From positions 14,198,001-14,262,000 of the forward strand of contig OZ249437.1 of assembly GCA_965235115.1 (NCBI GenBank): a stretch of 64,000 nt of DNA. The letters are read 5' to 3'. The DNA is from Laetmonice hystrix. Lineage: Eukaryota. The translations under genes were made by a program, and so were the position numbers. Of the stretch, positions 39,558-51,590 are shown piece after piece (positions within the stretch are counted from its first letter, which is position 1; every line of letters begins with the position of its first letter). Below the pieces are notes generated by a model. The model was given only the letters and a program-made list of their open reading frames with translations, ran no database searches and had not been told where the DNA came from.

Positions 39558-39949
39558 CAGGCCTCGAATTAGAAGTTAAAAGGGGCACGGCAAAAATTGC
39601 CGTCGAGGGCCTTGTTTAAAGGAGGGCACCACGGCATTTTCAACAAGTTCAGAAGGGCACCACGGCAAATTTACTTCTCCAAAACCAAACCTCGCATGTC
39701 TGCATGGCTTAACAGTAAAACAAGGAACCTTCACACTTTAGGTTAGTGGTGTTGGTGATCACTAGGGGATCGATGTCAGGGATGATTTGGCGATGGCTGG
39801 TTTACAACTGAAGGGCACATGGTAGCAAGGAAAAAGGGCACCACGGCACTGGACTGCCGTCGATGGTGCAAAAAATAGGAGGGCACCACGGCAAATGGAA
39901 GGGGCACCACGGCAATTGCCGTCGATGCCGTCGTGTAATTCGAGGCCTG
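39558..39949. mobile_element. 392-bp hAT-like MITE, TIR CAGGCCTCGAATTA, 6-bp TSD CTACAG
   Basis: TSD at 39552-39557 and 39950-39955; internal repeats of gggcaccacggca. Confidence 0.9.
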
Positions 39950-41498
39950 CTACAGTATTCAAATAAACACCATTCTAGACCTTAGACTTAGATCTACGTA
40001 ATTCACAACATGACATCTGTCTAATCTTTAAATCCTACAAGCTAGCAGTGTGTGAAGAGCTACAAAAACTTGCCGAAATTTTCCATTTTCCTTGACTCTG
40101 CACCAGTAAATGTGTCGCCGCGGTCATCGTATTCAACTTGACACATCCCAACTTGCATGCTGGTTTCAAAATTAACTTCCCTATCGAATGGTACTACAGT
40201 CATCTTTATAGCTTCAATTTTGCCAGTTGTAGCAGCAACACAGTGCGACATCGAAATTTGCCGTTTTTGTACGTTTATAGGTCAAAACGTCACAGATCCA
40301 TTGTCAGACGTCACAGAAGAACAACGTCATTGCTAATTTTCAATGATAGGTTAAGGTCCAGAATTTTTTACAACAAAATATTATATGTCTTTTTAAAGGG
40401 AATCTTTTTCTGTTTTCCACTGTATTATTTTTTCTAATGCTGGGATATTTTGACCTTGCAAGAGCTTCCTGTTCGGCATAATGTTAACTGCCAGGATGTC
40501 AACCTCATCATGTTTATCATCCGGGTCACAGTTGTCAAAACTTGTCACAAAAAGTCTCATGTAAACTTGATGTTTTCTCAATAAGCAAACGTGCGATTGA
40601 GCTAAAATTTTCTGGCCCTTGACCTGAGATGATTGTAAAGCTTCTCTGTAAGTTTGAATCATAGCAGATTTCTATATTTTGTACAAGCAGCATTATGTCT
40701 GCTGCTAGCGCTGTGAAGTCTGACTCTGCTGCGACGTCGGCGGCCATAAGATGGGCCATGTGCTTGACTAAAAGTCCGGGTTGTCATGGTGTTTTCTTAC
40801 TAATATAATAAAATCTTGCATGATAAAATTTTTGAACTGGGCTATTATTATGATCATACACTATTTTATAATGTTAGAAGCTTTTATTGAAATTTAAGAA
40901 TGGTAACCCTGAATTTGTTGGGGATCAAATAAGCTACCCGAGACAGTTCCTAACTTGCCGCAAAGGACTATAGTATAATCTACATTACAGTCCAGTAAAC
41001 AGAAGTAAATTAGTAATTCAGAGGTAATTCTCTTGACTCAAATTATTATAATGAAGGCAGTGTATAGTTGGCCGGCAACAGTTAAAAGCCTAAATGAGAT
41101 TATCTTAGTTTGACTAATTACGGAATCCAAACAAATTGCTTGGGTTAGGGTGAAGGTCAGGCCTACGACTAGTTTTATTTTTGTCTCAAATGGGGGGTTA
41201 ATTAGATTCATTAGCTATATCAGCTATTTACTAGCCGTAGAAATTTATCCAAGAGGATTGAAGCTTAATGGTCATATGACCATGCCAAATGCCGGCCGAA
41301 TATACAGTGAAATACACTGCCTATAATGAAAAGAAGTACCAGTAATAATGTCTTGAAGACTAGTGTACTGTTGTAAACAAATTTACTTAGTTTGGGACCA
41401 ATACCCATGATGGCAATACCAATAGCTATTATAGTTTATACTAGTCTGACTTAGAGTTTTAGACATAGTTTAGTCTTAGACTTTGCCAGGACTCTTAC

Positions 41499-43887
41499 TA
41501 GTCTTAAGAATAAGATTATCTAGGACTAGAACTATTATTAATACTGCAACTAGTCCAAGTCTAACAAATCACAAATACAGTGACAGTGTCTTAATTTATT
41601 AGGCCTATTGTCAGTGAGCGAGTGTGCATGACTGACTCGCTGGTGGGTCATATCGCCACAGAATGCACAAATGGCCTCCCAGGACCCCTCAAAAAGACCA
41701 AATTTTCAAATTCGCCCAATTCCTTATTGTCTGGTATGATTTGAAAGCCTATGATCTACGCGATCAGGATATACCAATTATACTAACAAAATCCTAGCGG
41801 TGTGGTTTTTATACATCATGTAAACAGCCCCAAAAAACAAGCAAAAATAGGCTGGGAAAAATCGGCCAGAATTTTTTTTGTAATTTGTGCAAAAATTATC
41901 CTCCGATGGGATAAATTTATATATGGCGCATATAAATACAGAATTTTAGGCAGCTCAATACTATATTTTTAATTTTAACATGTTTTGTCTGCAGCTGCAT
42001 GACGTGCATAAGGATCGAAATCGAATATGACACACTTGAAACATACAGTTAGGGATGATTACATGGTTTGTTTTACAGGTCAGACAGAAGGCTACCCAAA
42101 ATATATCTATGTTCTAAGAGTACAATCAAAATGTTAGGCTCAGTGGAGCTTGTAAATAAAATGTGTGATGTGCATAAGATTCTTACGAACGTCATGGCTT
42201 GATATTGTTTTTGCTCACAGGTACATGATTCACGCTCATTATGTTTAGTTATAGGGCCTAATACAACATTAGAAGGGAAGGGGCAGCCATTAAAATAAAA
42301 CATACATGTTAAGGGCATTGAAATTACATGGTTGGGAGATGTTTTCCCACCATTTACCATGGTGCGTGACGTGCATAATCACAAAGTTGGCCAAACCCAT
42401 CAACATATATGTACACAGACATACAGCAATCGTTGTTTACATTAAACCACAACACCTCTAGAGAATGGAAACAAGGAAAAAACCTGCCTGCACCAATAAA
42501 ATAACTATAGAGGCCTGTCTTCCTGGTACAAGAAATTGTCCTTATGCACATCACACCATCACAGTCCATACCCCAGGTCAAAAATACACAGAAGATTTTG
42601 CACTGGAACCCAGCCGTTTATCGCCCATGTTTCATGCTGAAATAGTGAGGAATTTCCTATTTTTAATCAGAACACACTAAATACGATTAGTTGAATGCTA
42701 CAATTACATCACAGGGGTTTGAAGTACACTACTTCACAATTTGGCTTGGGTAGGATTTACAGTTTAAGCCCGATGTGAGTACAACTGGTGAAAAAAAAGG
42801 ACAAGAACTTCATTGATCTTGCCGTCAAGATGCTCACAAAAGTTCCTGCAGATGGCAGCACTGTGTGGCTACGTCCTCGCGTTGAAAAGGGCAAAACACT
42901 ATTTTTAACCTTATGCACGTCATGCCCCTTATGCATATCATGATTTCCCACGATTTGACCCCCAACATGACTGATCAGTGATATTTTCGGATCTTTCACC
43001 ACAGGATCATAGCATAGGAATAGGATCAGGCATACCATGTTCCAAAATTCTCAAAAGCTATTGAATATTGACAGCATGGAGAAATATGAAGGAACCACTG
43101 GTCATGACGTGCATAAGCTGCTCCCAGTATAAACACACTAAGCGAAACTTTGCGGAATCATAACTAAAAGGGTTTTAGGAATTTTCGGAAAATTTTTGTG
43201 GGAAGTGAGCCATCTAAATATGCACTGCATATTCCCCTCATCAATAGCCTTTTTGCTGTGTTATATTTGTCTGGTATAATCAAACCATTATTTTATTATG
43301 CACGTCACAATAATTTAATGAAAAACTGTTTAATGCATTTCTATAATGAACGAATCAGAATAGATGCGTCAGTATTTTTTATTTACATTGATTAACTCAT
43401 TACATACCATGACATTAAGAAAGATTTATATCAGGCATTCTTTATGCTGCAATCCAAAGTGATTATTGACATATATTTCATGACATAAATTTAAATTTAA
43501 ATAATTTTCTAATTTCAAAAATCTACAGCTTGGGCAAAATGCAAATTAGATAAAGCAAAGTATACATTTTCTGAAAGGTGTATCTGTTCTCTTCCATGTT
43601 ATGCATTTGGGCAAAAGATCTCAGTAAAAATAACAGACCTATGAGCTGTATAACGAGTGAGGGTAAGGATTTCACCCATTTGTGCATTCTGTGGCGATAT
43701 GACCCGTGTAGACCTACGTCGTGTACGGTGTAGCTGTGTAGGCCACTCACTCAGTCACTGCCACTGCACTGACGTCAGTGACAGTGTTATAACTTATATA
43801 GCCTACAAATTAATTCCACCAACCTGAAAAAACTGCAGAAAAGGCCCCCAGGAAAATAGCAATAACTGCAAGGTTTACCCACGTCAT
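41499..43887 (-). CDS. CTNS: Tentative CTNS 5' coding exons (ATG-AC at 43883-43887; hydrophobic exon 41499-41560) giving MTLGLVAVLIIVLVLDNLILKT
   Basis: GCC-ATG context, AC|gtgggt donor, ttgttag| acceptor and A|gtaaga donor give phases that join exon 39370 and a signal-peptide-like stretch. The local sequence is low-complexity, so this may be chance. Confidence 0.3.
41645..43708. mobile_element. ~2.06-kb non-autonomous DNA transposon with a perfect 30-bp terminal IR, possibly CMC/Chapaev-like
   Basis: gggtcatatcgccacagaatgcacaaatgg (41645-41674) is inverted at 43676-43705. The right end continues ...GTG (CAC...GTG-type terminus). Internal (ca)tgacgtgcataa motifs recur. No intact transposase. 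Confidence 0.75.
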
Positions 43888-44050
43888 GGCTTGCAGGTCT
43901 TCGCCGGCTCAGTCACATGTCAGGCCATTATCATGTTACTCATCATTGACTGAGAGAAAAGTCACATGCATGAAAGAGGTCAACTGATCACATGACAAAC
44001 TGCTTCACTGTACTCCCGCTAGGGGGCCGGGGTGTTTAAAATTCAGGTAT
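43760..44050. promoter_or_regulatory. Bidirectional promoter region between CTNS (-) and MRPL55 (+)
   Basis: Divergent gene orientation. CRE TGACGTCA at 43770-43777; three TCACATG E-boxes at ~43913, ~43962 and 43988. Plus-strand donor attcag|gtatca at 44046 suggests an MRPL55 5'UTR exon. Confidence 0.6.
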
Positions 44051-44280
44051 CACTAGAGATCTAGATTTGGCAGTTCTTTTCTGTAGTTAATTATGAATTT
44101 TTATACAACTTTTGACGATAATAAAGTAATAATCGCAAGTTATTCGTTTATACTTCGTGCTTTAGGCAAATATTCTCTGTAATTCTTGGTCATATTAAGA
44201 AGTTGCTTTCTGATTGTTTTTCTGTTTAGCTAACTTTACTTTTTTAGTTTAGTGATACCGTACTGGCTGTTTTCATGAGG

Positions 44281-47200
44281 ATGGCGCAGACTATTCTTCG
44301 GTGGTGAGTGGTAGTGTTCTTTTAAAAAGAACTTGACTTGAAAGCAACATGAAGCTTTGTTAAATCGATATGTACTAGGCCTAGGCCATGTGACCTAAGT
44401 TACAAGTTCTGTGAATCATTATAGTTAGATGCAGTGCATTGTGCATTGGGCGATAATGGAGACACTAAGCCTGCTAAACTAGTCAGTAAACTACTATTAA
44501 GGCCAAAAAACAAAAAAATCCCGGTTTCTGGTCCAAAGAAAATTTCAAGAGTGGTGCGGTGACGCAGATTTTTTTGTTTTTTTTTAAGATTTTTTTTTTT
44601 CGTGATAGCTGGCTGAGATGGTAAGCCTCATAAGAATTATCATGTAAAATGAACTCATAGTCATAGATAACGACCATGACCTGTACTGTCATAGTTTTGA
44701 ATACACGGAGACACGGTTTGCCATATAAGGAAGTCCGCCATCTTGAATTACTTAAGTCAAAGCGAGGTTGCGAGTAAACACACCGTCAAATGCATGTGCT
44801 GGCATAGGTTTCGCTTGTAATGATCTACATTTGTGTGAAATTTCAGAGGATGCGAATGTGCTAAAGGGTGTCGGGGCAAGAAGGGTATTAAAGGGCAAGG
44901 CCCCGGGAAATGCCCCTTCGCTTCTCCGCCCCCAGCACCGACATCTCCGCCCTCATATCGCTGTCAGGGCAGGGCAGGCACTGCACTGGCATCTGCCGCC
45001 GCTGACCGTGCCGTGTACCCCGGCCAGGGCCGCGGGAGCCTTATTCCCCACCCCCCCCCCCTCCGTGGCCGTGCTATGGCCCAGGCCTATGACAATTTGG
45101 AGTTAACCCTCCCGATTTTTTGGGATGAGATACAGGGCTGTCAACGTTTTAGGACCTGGAATGAGACCGGGGAAGATGGGGGGGGGGGGGGGGGGGGCGC
45201 TACAGATCGAGGCAAGCTTATAACTTGCCCGGCCGTCGGTCCCTCGACGCGGAGGAGCGGGGCTCTCAAACTCAACTTGTCAAGCGCCGAGCAATCGTAC
45301 TTTAACTATTATGTATACCTATTTAAATTGTATTTTATCAAACCCGATCTAAATATTTGTAGGCCTAAGCCAGGGCCTATGTTTTCTGTGTCCAAAATTG
45401 AAAACTGCGGTCAAAACTGGCTGGATTTATGCCAGTTAAAAAAGCCTTGTTCAGTGCGCGGCTATATCGCGGCCGAACGCCGACAGGTCGACTGCTTGCT
45501 GACGGGACTGCTACGTCCAAGGCCCGCTAGCTCCAACGCCCAAGCCCGGTACATGCTTGAGGTCCGTCAGAGCGGTCGATAGAAACGCTCGCAAACACGA
45601 CTACGTAACTAAAAAACTATTTAATATAGCTGCACCAAACTTCAGCAGACTAAAAAACACACATGTTTCTAGTAATGGTGAAAAAATTCAAGAGAATCGG
45701 TTAAGCAGTTATTTTTCTATCGAGGGTAATACAAACCCCTGTCCATGCACGCAGCAGGGTTGCGGCCCGTCAGAGCGGTCGATAAAAACGCTCGGAAACA
45801 CGGCCGTGTAACTAAAAACTATTTAATATAGATGCACCAAACTACAGGGACACATGTTTTTAGTAATCGTGAAACGTTTCAGGAGAATCGGGTTAGTAGT
45901 TATTGTTCTCTCAAGGGTAATATGAACCCCTGTCCAGGCATCCATAGCACTAGAGCGGAGGTCCGTCACAACTGGCGCGGGTTTGTTTACTCGCAACTCA
46001 TTATCTATTCAAGATGGCGGACGGAACCGTGTCTCCGTGTATATAAACACACTTCTGTTGCAGTGTTAATGAAATATCCATTACAACAATGGTTAGTTTT
46101 AAGCCTTGCCGCTAGGTGGCAGCACAATTCACAGTCATCCAAGGTGAGGGCAAGAAAAAAAAGCACCGATGCGCAGCATCTGAAGTGACGCGTGCGCGGA
46201 CCAGAAGCCGGGAATTTTCTTTTTGGGCCTAAAGCCAGTAGGCAGTAAAACTAAACTTAAGCCTAGGCCGTAGACGTGGACACCCTTAACAGCTTCGCAT
46301 CAAGGATGTGGGAGAACTGGTAGAGAATTTACCAAATGCGATGGTTGGCTTGGTTTGGCTTGAAATTTTAAAAAAACTGACTAAGGGAACAAGAATGTGT
46401 TGTTATATGCCAATATGGCCTCACAACTCATGGACAAATAAAATATTTCAAACAAAATTCAAGATTAAAACTAAAAGTCAAGATTCTGAGTCGACTAAGT
46501 GAAAAACTGCATCCTCTAGGAATAAGTCAAAATTTGACACCTTTTGATATGTTCACATCTCCTGTAGGTTTGCCAATGTTACCATGATGAAATGTTGTAT
46601 TTTCAGCCTTGTGCTCAGGACAGAAGGCAGCTTGTGTCAGGCTGTCCTCCCACTGACAACGTCATCATGCTGTAACTCAAACCGAGCATCCATCGCCAAA
46701 GTTAACCGAAACAAGTACGCTCGTGCTTACCCAACCATGATAGTCCTGCGAGATGGAGCCACTATTACTGTCAGGTATAAAGAACCCAGAAAGATTATTA
46801 GAGTGAGTATATTTTTGATGGTGCCACTTAAAACAGACTCACAACATTGGGAGCCTGTACTCCTTTGAAGTCTGATGGCATGTCAAGGGGCCCCACTTTG
46901 GTGGGTGGTTAGTGATGCCAATTGTATCTGTGTCAGGGAATTATGTTGGTATTACATGTTGTGTATTATAGCCATATACAAATTGTTATAAAATTTGGAC
47001 TGTTGAATCTGATTTGAAACGTTATGTCTACAAGGGTGTTACAAAGGTGTTCTTTTTCTTTGTTCAGTTATAAATATATACTGATGAATTATTCCATGCT
47101 CACACAATGTTGTCCGAAACATGTGTTTTCAATCTGCATCACATTTGTAAGTCGCTTTATATTATGAACTGCTGCTGTGATCATGCATCATGTTTATATA

Positions 47201-47368
47201 TAGCTCTATCATGTTACGTTTCAGCTGCCACTAGACATTACAACATTGACCCCAGAAGAACAACAGCTTCGATTGTTGAAACGAAAACCCAAACAAAAAA
47301 TAGTTGTAGAAGAAGACATTGAAGATGGCTTTGATCTTAACGAATACAGCCATTTATGGAAGAAATAA
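44281..47368 (+). CDS. MRPL55: Mitochondrial ribosomal protein L55 (bL31m), 3 coding exons, ~120 aa
   Basis: Exons 44281-44303 (in-frame upstream ATG at 44275), 46607-46802, 47225-47368; phases consistent. Peptides NSNRASIAKVNRNKYARAYPTMIVLRDGATITVRYKEPRKII and LPLDITTLTPEEQQLRLLKRKPK...EDIEDGFDLNEYSHLWKK match the MRPL55 pattern. Confidence 0.93.
45561..45970. repeat. ~200-bp diverged tandem duplication (2 copies plus a partial third) in MRPL55 intron 1
   Basis: ccgtcagagcggtcgata(g/a)aaacgctc...aaaaactatttaatatag(c/a)tgcaccaaac at ~45565 and ~45767; gaggtccgtca again at ~45958. Confidence 0.8.
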
Positions 47369-49807
47369 TGAGCACAACTACACTCCTAGTGTGATATCTG
47401 TGTGGGAAAATGTTGACAGCGATGGAGTGGCCTACTTTAGGAAGGATATAGCTGGTCAGGACATTGTGTGGGCTACCACAAGGTGATAGAATTGGAAGAA
47501 TGTTTGTGCTTTATTGTATACTTTGTATAGACTTTCAAGAATATATTAGATACGTTTCTCACGTCTTTGTTCTGTCTTTTGTTAGCCCCCCCCCCCCCCC
47601 CCCCCCACCTGAAAGGGCAGAGCTTATAATTCACCCTCCGTCTGTATGTCTGTCCAGACAGCGATTTCTCAGAAGTGTATCGGTCAAAATGTATGAAGCT
47701 TTAGACAATACGGTAGCAGGGTGATGCACGTCAAATATATTTGACAGCCATTTTGGATGTAACTGTAAATACAAAGGAGCATATATGGGGCAATGTATTA
47801 ACAATGTATTTTCAGTTCAGAGCTAATGTGGTGCTAATTCCCTTTCTATAACACACACCATGAAAACTTTGCTGATTATGTCCGAGAACTAATGGGCATG
47901 TCAGTAATTGTTGAAAGATCAAACAAAGGCACTAGTACATATCTTCTAGTTCTACGCTATTTTATTTTATTTTGAATGACATTTTACAGTAATTAAGTGG
48001 GAGCTTGCAGGCCCTACATCAATATGAGTCGATCAATATAAATTAGTGTAAACTGTTGAGATTATGTATTTCTGTGCCGTTAGGATGAGACAGAAACAGT
48101 TTGGGACTGCAATATGGGACATCCCGGCAATACAAGTGTACTTTGATTGGGAAGTCGGTACATTTTTAAACCCTCCCGCCTGCAGGCAGAATCGAAGAGA
48201 GTGATGAAATAACTTAGAATAAGCAATAACACAGTTTTTCACTCTTTCAATGACCATCAGGAAAGAGGACATCCTTGGAACTTCCATCGCACTGTAAACG
48301 GTAGCTCAGTGCTTTGGATAAAGGCAGAGCAGAACACTAGAACCTATGGACAGGCTTGGTAAGAATGTACACCTGTGGCCCGCCGGTGTATTTATATAGT
48401 GGGGAGAACACTGTTGTACATAACCACATTGACTGCACATCAAACCAGTAGCCTGACGACAGGTCCCAGTACCTTGGGGTCCCACTCCCACAAGGTCTGT
48501 TGTCTTCTCTATTTCACAATTGGTCTAGTGATTGTCTTTCCAAAAATATCAGATTCAGGTGCAGCTGCTTTAACTTATAGATGATAATTTACTCTGAGTG
48601 ACCGTACTTTGTGACATAGCCGTCATCTCCCAACAAAACTAGGAATATTTCAGACTTTTTATTAAGTTGGACGATTTTCTTGATTGTACATTAAAACAAA
48701 CGACAAGTAACAAAGTCTGCTGGTAAGTTTCTTTACACTGAGCAGAACATCATACTCTATTAATACCATGAGATCATGGAATCTTGTCGACAAAGAGATG
48801 CAGTGAATTTGTTTCATCTGGCTCTTGGTATAACACCTGCTTCTGTTTTTTTGTCTAGCCATGTAATTAAGGTAAAATCTTGTTAACTAACGATAACATC
48901 AAGGCATTTCAATGCTTTCAGTACTACATGTACTGAAATTCCAACGTCCTTGCGAAACCATACTTATTTAAATGTCGGTAAAAGAATTGCCTCAAATGAC
49001 AATAGTTGCCACACTGGCTAGAAACTGATACTAACGTACCGGTATTGTCTAAAGCTTTGATAAAAATCATTAAATCTCAGTTTTTATCGCAGTATTTATC
49101 GTGAATTATAATTGCGTGAGACCTAGTTTCCTTTTGATCGCGTGAATTGATACTGTATATCACAGGCTACACGTGTTTGAGGTGTACAGCAATAATCCTA
49201 GAAAAGTACAATCTCCTCATAAGTCTTTCAACCATATCAGGAGTAAAACGAATAAAATCAATTTCCTCCTTATTGTATGTTTTGTTCTAGAAGTCTTTAA
49301 AACGAGGATTTATGGAGCATCCATTGAAGTAGGCCTACAGTGTTCCTTTAACCACATTGGGGAGGCAGGCTTGACTTCAAACATTAACACTAACAATAAT
49401 TTGCCAATTAAAAATGGTAAAGGGGTGTTTCTTGCAGTACTTATCCAAGCAAGATGACTAGGGTAATTTGCCATTCACCGTAAATTTCCAGGTCAGATAT
49501 AAATATAATTTCTCATGCGTTGTTGTTCATGGAATACAACCACACAATCGTGTCTGTTTCTCATGCTCAGTTCAAAACTCAAATTGTTGTACTCACAATT
49601 ATCACAGCATGTTACTCAAACATCTCAAATTCTATCTTATTTACCGGTGTATAAACACACTCAGATAAGTCTTTTAGATAAAGTTCCTGGAGTTATTTTT
49701 AGTCCACTTGCGTATTATTTTTTCATTTCCCGGCGTCCGTCAACTTTTTAAAAATCACTCAGGGAGCCATTTATAATGGAAGGTGACGAAATTCGCTCGT
49801 TTCCAGG

Positions 49808-50243
49808 GATACATTACACCTGGTTGTCAAGGCTGACACGGATACACCTGGTTGTCAGGGCTGACATGGATACAACACCTGGTTGTCAGGGCTGACACGG
49901 ATACAACACTGTCTGGTTGTCAGGGCTGACACGGATACACCTGGTTGTCAGGGCTGACATGGATACATTACACCTGGTTGTCAGGGCTGACATGGATACA
50001 ACACCTGGTTGTCAAGGCTGACACAGATACACCTGGTTGTCAGGGCTGACATGGATACATTACACCTGGTTGTCAGGGCTGACATGGATACAACACCTGG
50101 TTGTCAGGGCTGACATGGATACATTACACCTGGTTGTCAGGGCTGACATGGATACATTACACCTGGTTGTCAGGGCTGACATGGATACAACACCTGGTTG
50201 TCAGGGCTGACACGGATACAACACCTGGTTGTCAGGGCTGACA
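49808..50243. repeat. Minisatellite, 26-31-bp unit (cacctggttgtcagggctgacatggatac...)
   Basis: About 14 tandem copies. Confidence 0.95.
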
Positions 50244-50982
50244 ACAGAAGATGGCAATCTGTGACACTGGCATCAACGTTTTTACAGCAACCAGCCTCCT
50301 TTGATAACTACTGGAGATGCGGGAGGGTTTCTAGTACCAATGGCAAGTCCTTGATATAAGGCGATTGTATACAGTGAGCAGGAAGTCCTGGGTGATGGGC
50401 ATAAGAAGTTGCTGCCTTCGTGTCTGGCCTTCACATAGGCCTGCCATTAATATTTACTCAAGCATTCTATCTCTGGCTTGATTACAAAAATACGATACAC
50501 AAACGTACCTTCAATGTAAGCATATAAATGAGCAATACATTTCACAATAAATGGATTGTAAACGAAGCTACATCTGGAAGGTTGAATCTGGTGTTCTGTG
50601 AATGAGTAACGATGTCTCAATGTGTAATATCGTGGATGGCAATACTCGACACCGGTTTTATATACATGTGGAACTTTTGTTACCTGACTACAATACATTT
50701 TCTATCACAAATATATACCTACATAAATCTGTATTGCAATACTATTCAATATTCTCTAACAGCTGGTTATGTCCAGTCTTAAGTAAGCAATCCCTGTTAA
50801 ACAGAAAACAGTTATAATATGTTGTTTACTTACTTAATTATCACAGACAAAAAAAAACACAACGTTACATTATATGGACAGTATCAATATTATTTGTACC
50901 ATATAAGAGTACATTACTAGTATATATCCCGGTACACATGTCTAAATATATGTACATGTAGTACCAGTAGTCCGTATACCCC

Positions 50983-51137
50983 TAAAGGCCGGTTTATAGT
51001 CCGTCGGCCGACCATCGCTCGACATCAGGTCAAAGTTCACGCAGACTTAACTCTCAGCGATCGGTCGGCCGATGGCCGGATCGCTGAACTATAAACGTCG
51101 AGCGATGGTCGGCCGACGGACTATAAACCGGCCTTTA
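50983..51137. mobile_element. 155-bp palindromic MITE flanked by TA
   Basis: 41-bp perfect IR taaaggccggtttatagtccgtcggccgaccatcgctcgac including terminal TA; inner IR cagcgatc/gatcgctg. Confidence 0.85.
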
Positions 51138-51148
51138 TTAACACGGAT

Positions 51149-51347
51149 GAATGGACGGAACTTTTAGGACTACCATAATCCACCTACAGAATGGACGGAA
51201 CTTTTAGGACTACCATAATCCACCTACAGAATGGACGGAACTTTTAGGACTACCATAATCCACCTACAGAATGGACGGAACTTTTAGGACTACCATAATC
51301 CACCTACAGAATGGACAGAACTTTTAGGACTACCATAATCCACTTAC
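51149..51347. repeat. 40-bp tandem repeat x5
   Basis: atggac(g/a)gaacttttaggactaccataatccac at 51151, 51191, 51231, 51271, 51311. Confidence 0.95.
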
Positions 51348-51590
51348 AAGTTGATAGCTGCACGGATATTCTCTGTGAATGCCATTTTATATAATCTCTG
51401 ATTTCACAACCATGATATTATCAAAATTTGCCAAGTCCTCCAAAGGCAAACTCACATTAAATAATCTGATACACTTCAATGTACATGTACTTGGATGTTT
51501 GTGAGAGCAAGCCAGGTGACGTTGGTACTTGCATCCTCTGTGCGAAGTTGGACGAACCAGTTGGTCATCCTCAAACCAGCCATTCACCCA

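Noticed and set aside
45013-45582. 189-aa plus-strand ORF inside MRPL55 intron 1
   Set aside because: Runs across poly-C/poly-G tracts and repeat fragments; no recognisable protein.
48033-48287. HSLR motif suggesting a tyrosine recombinase (Crypton/DIRS)
   Set aside because: The surrounding residues do not follow the HxxR...H...Y pattern; a four-residue match is expected by chance.
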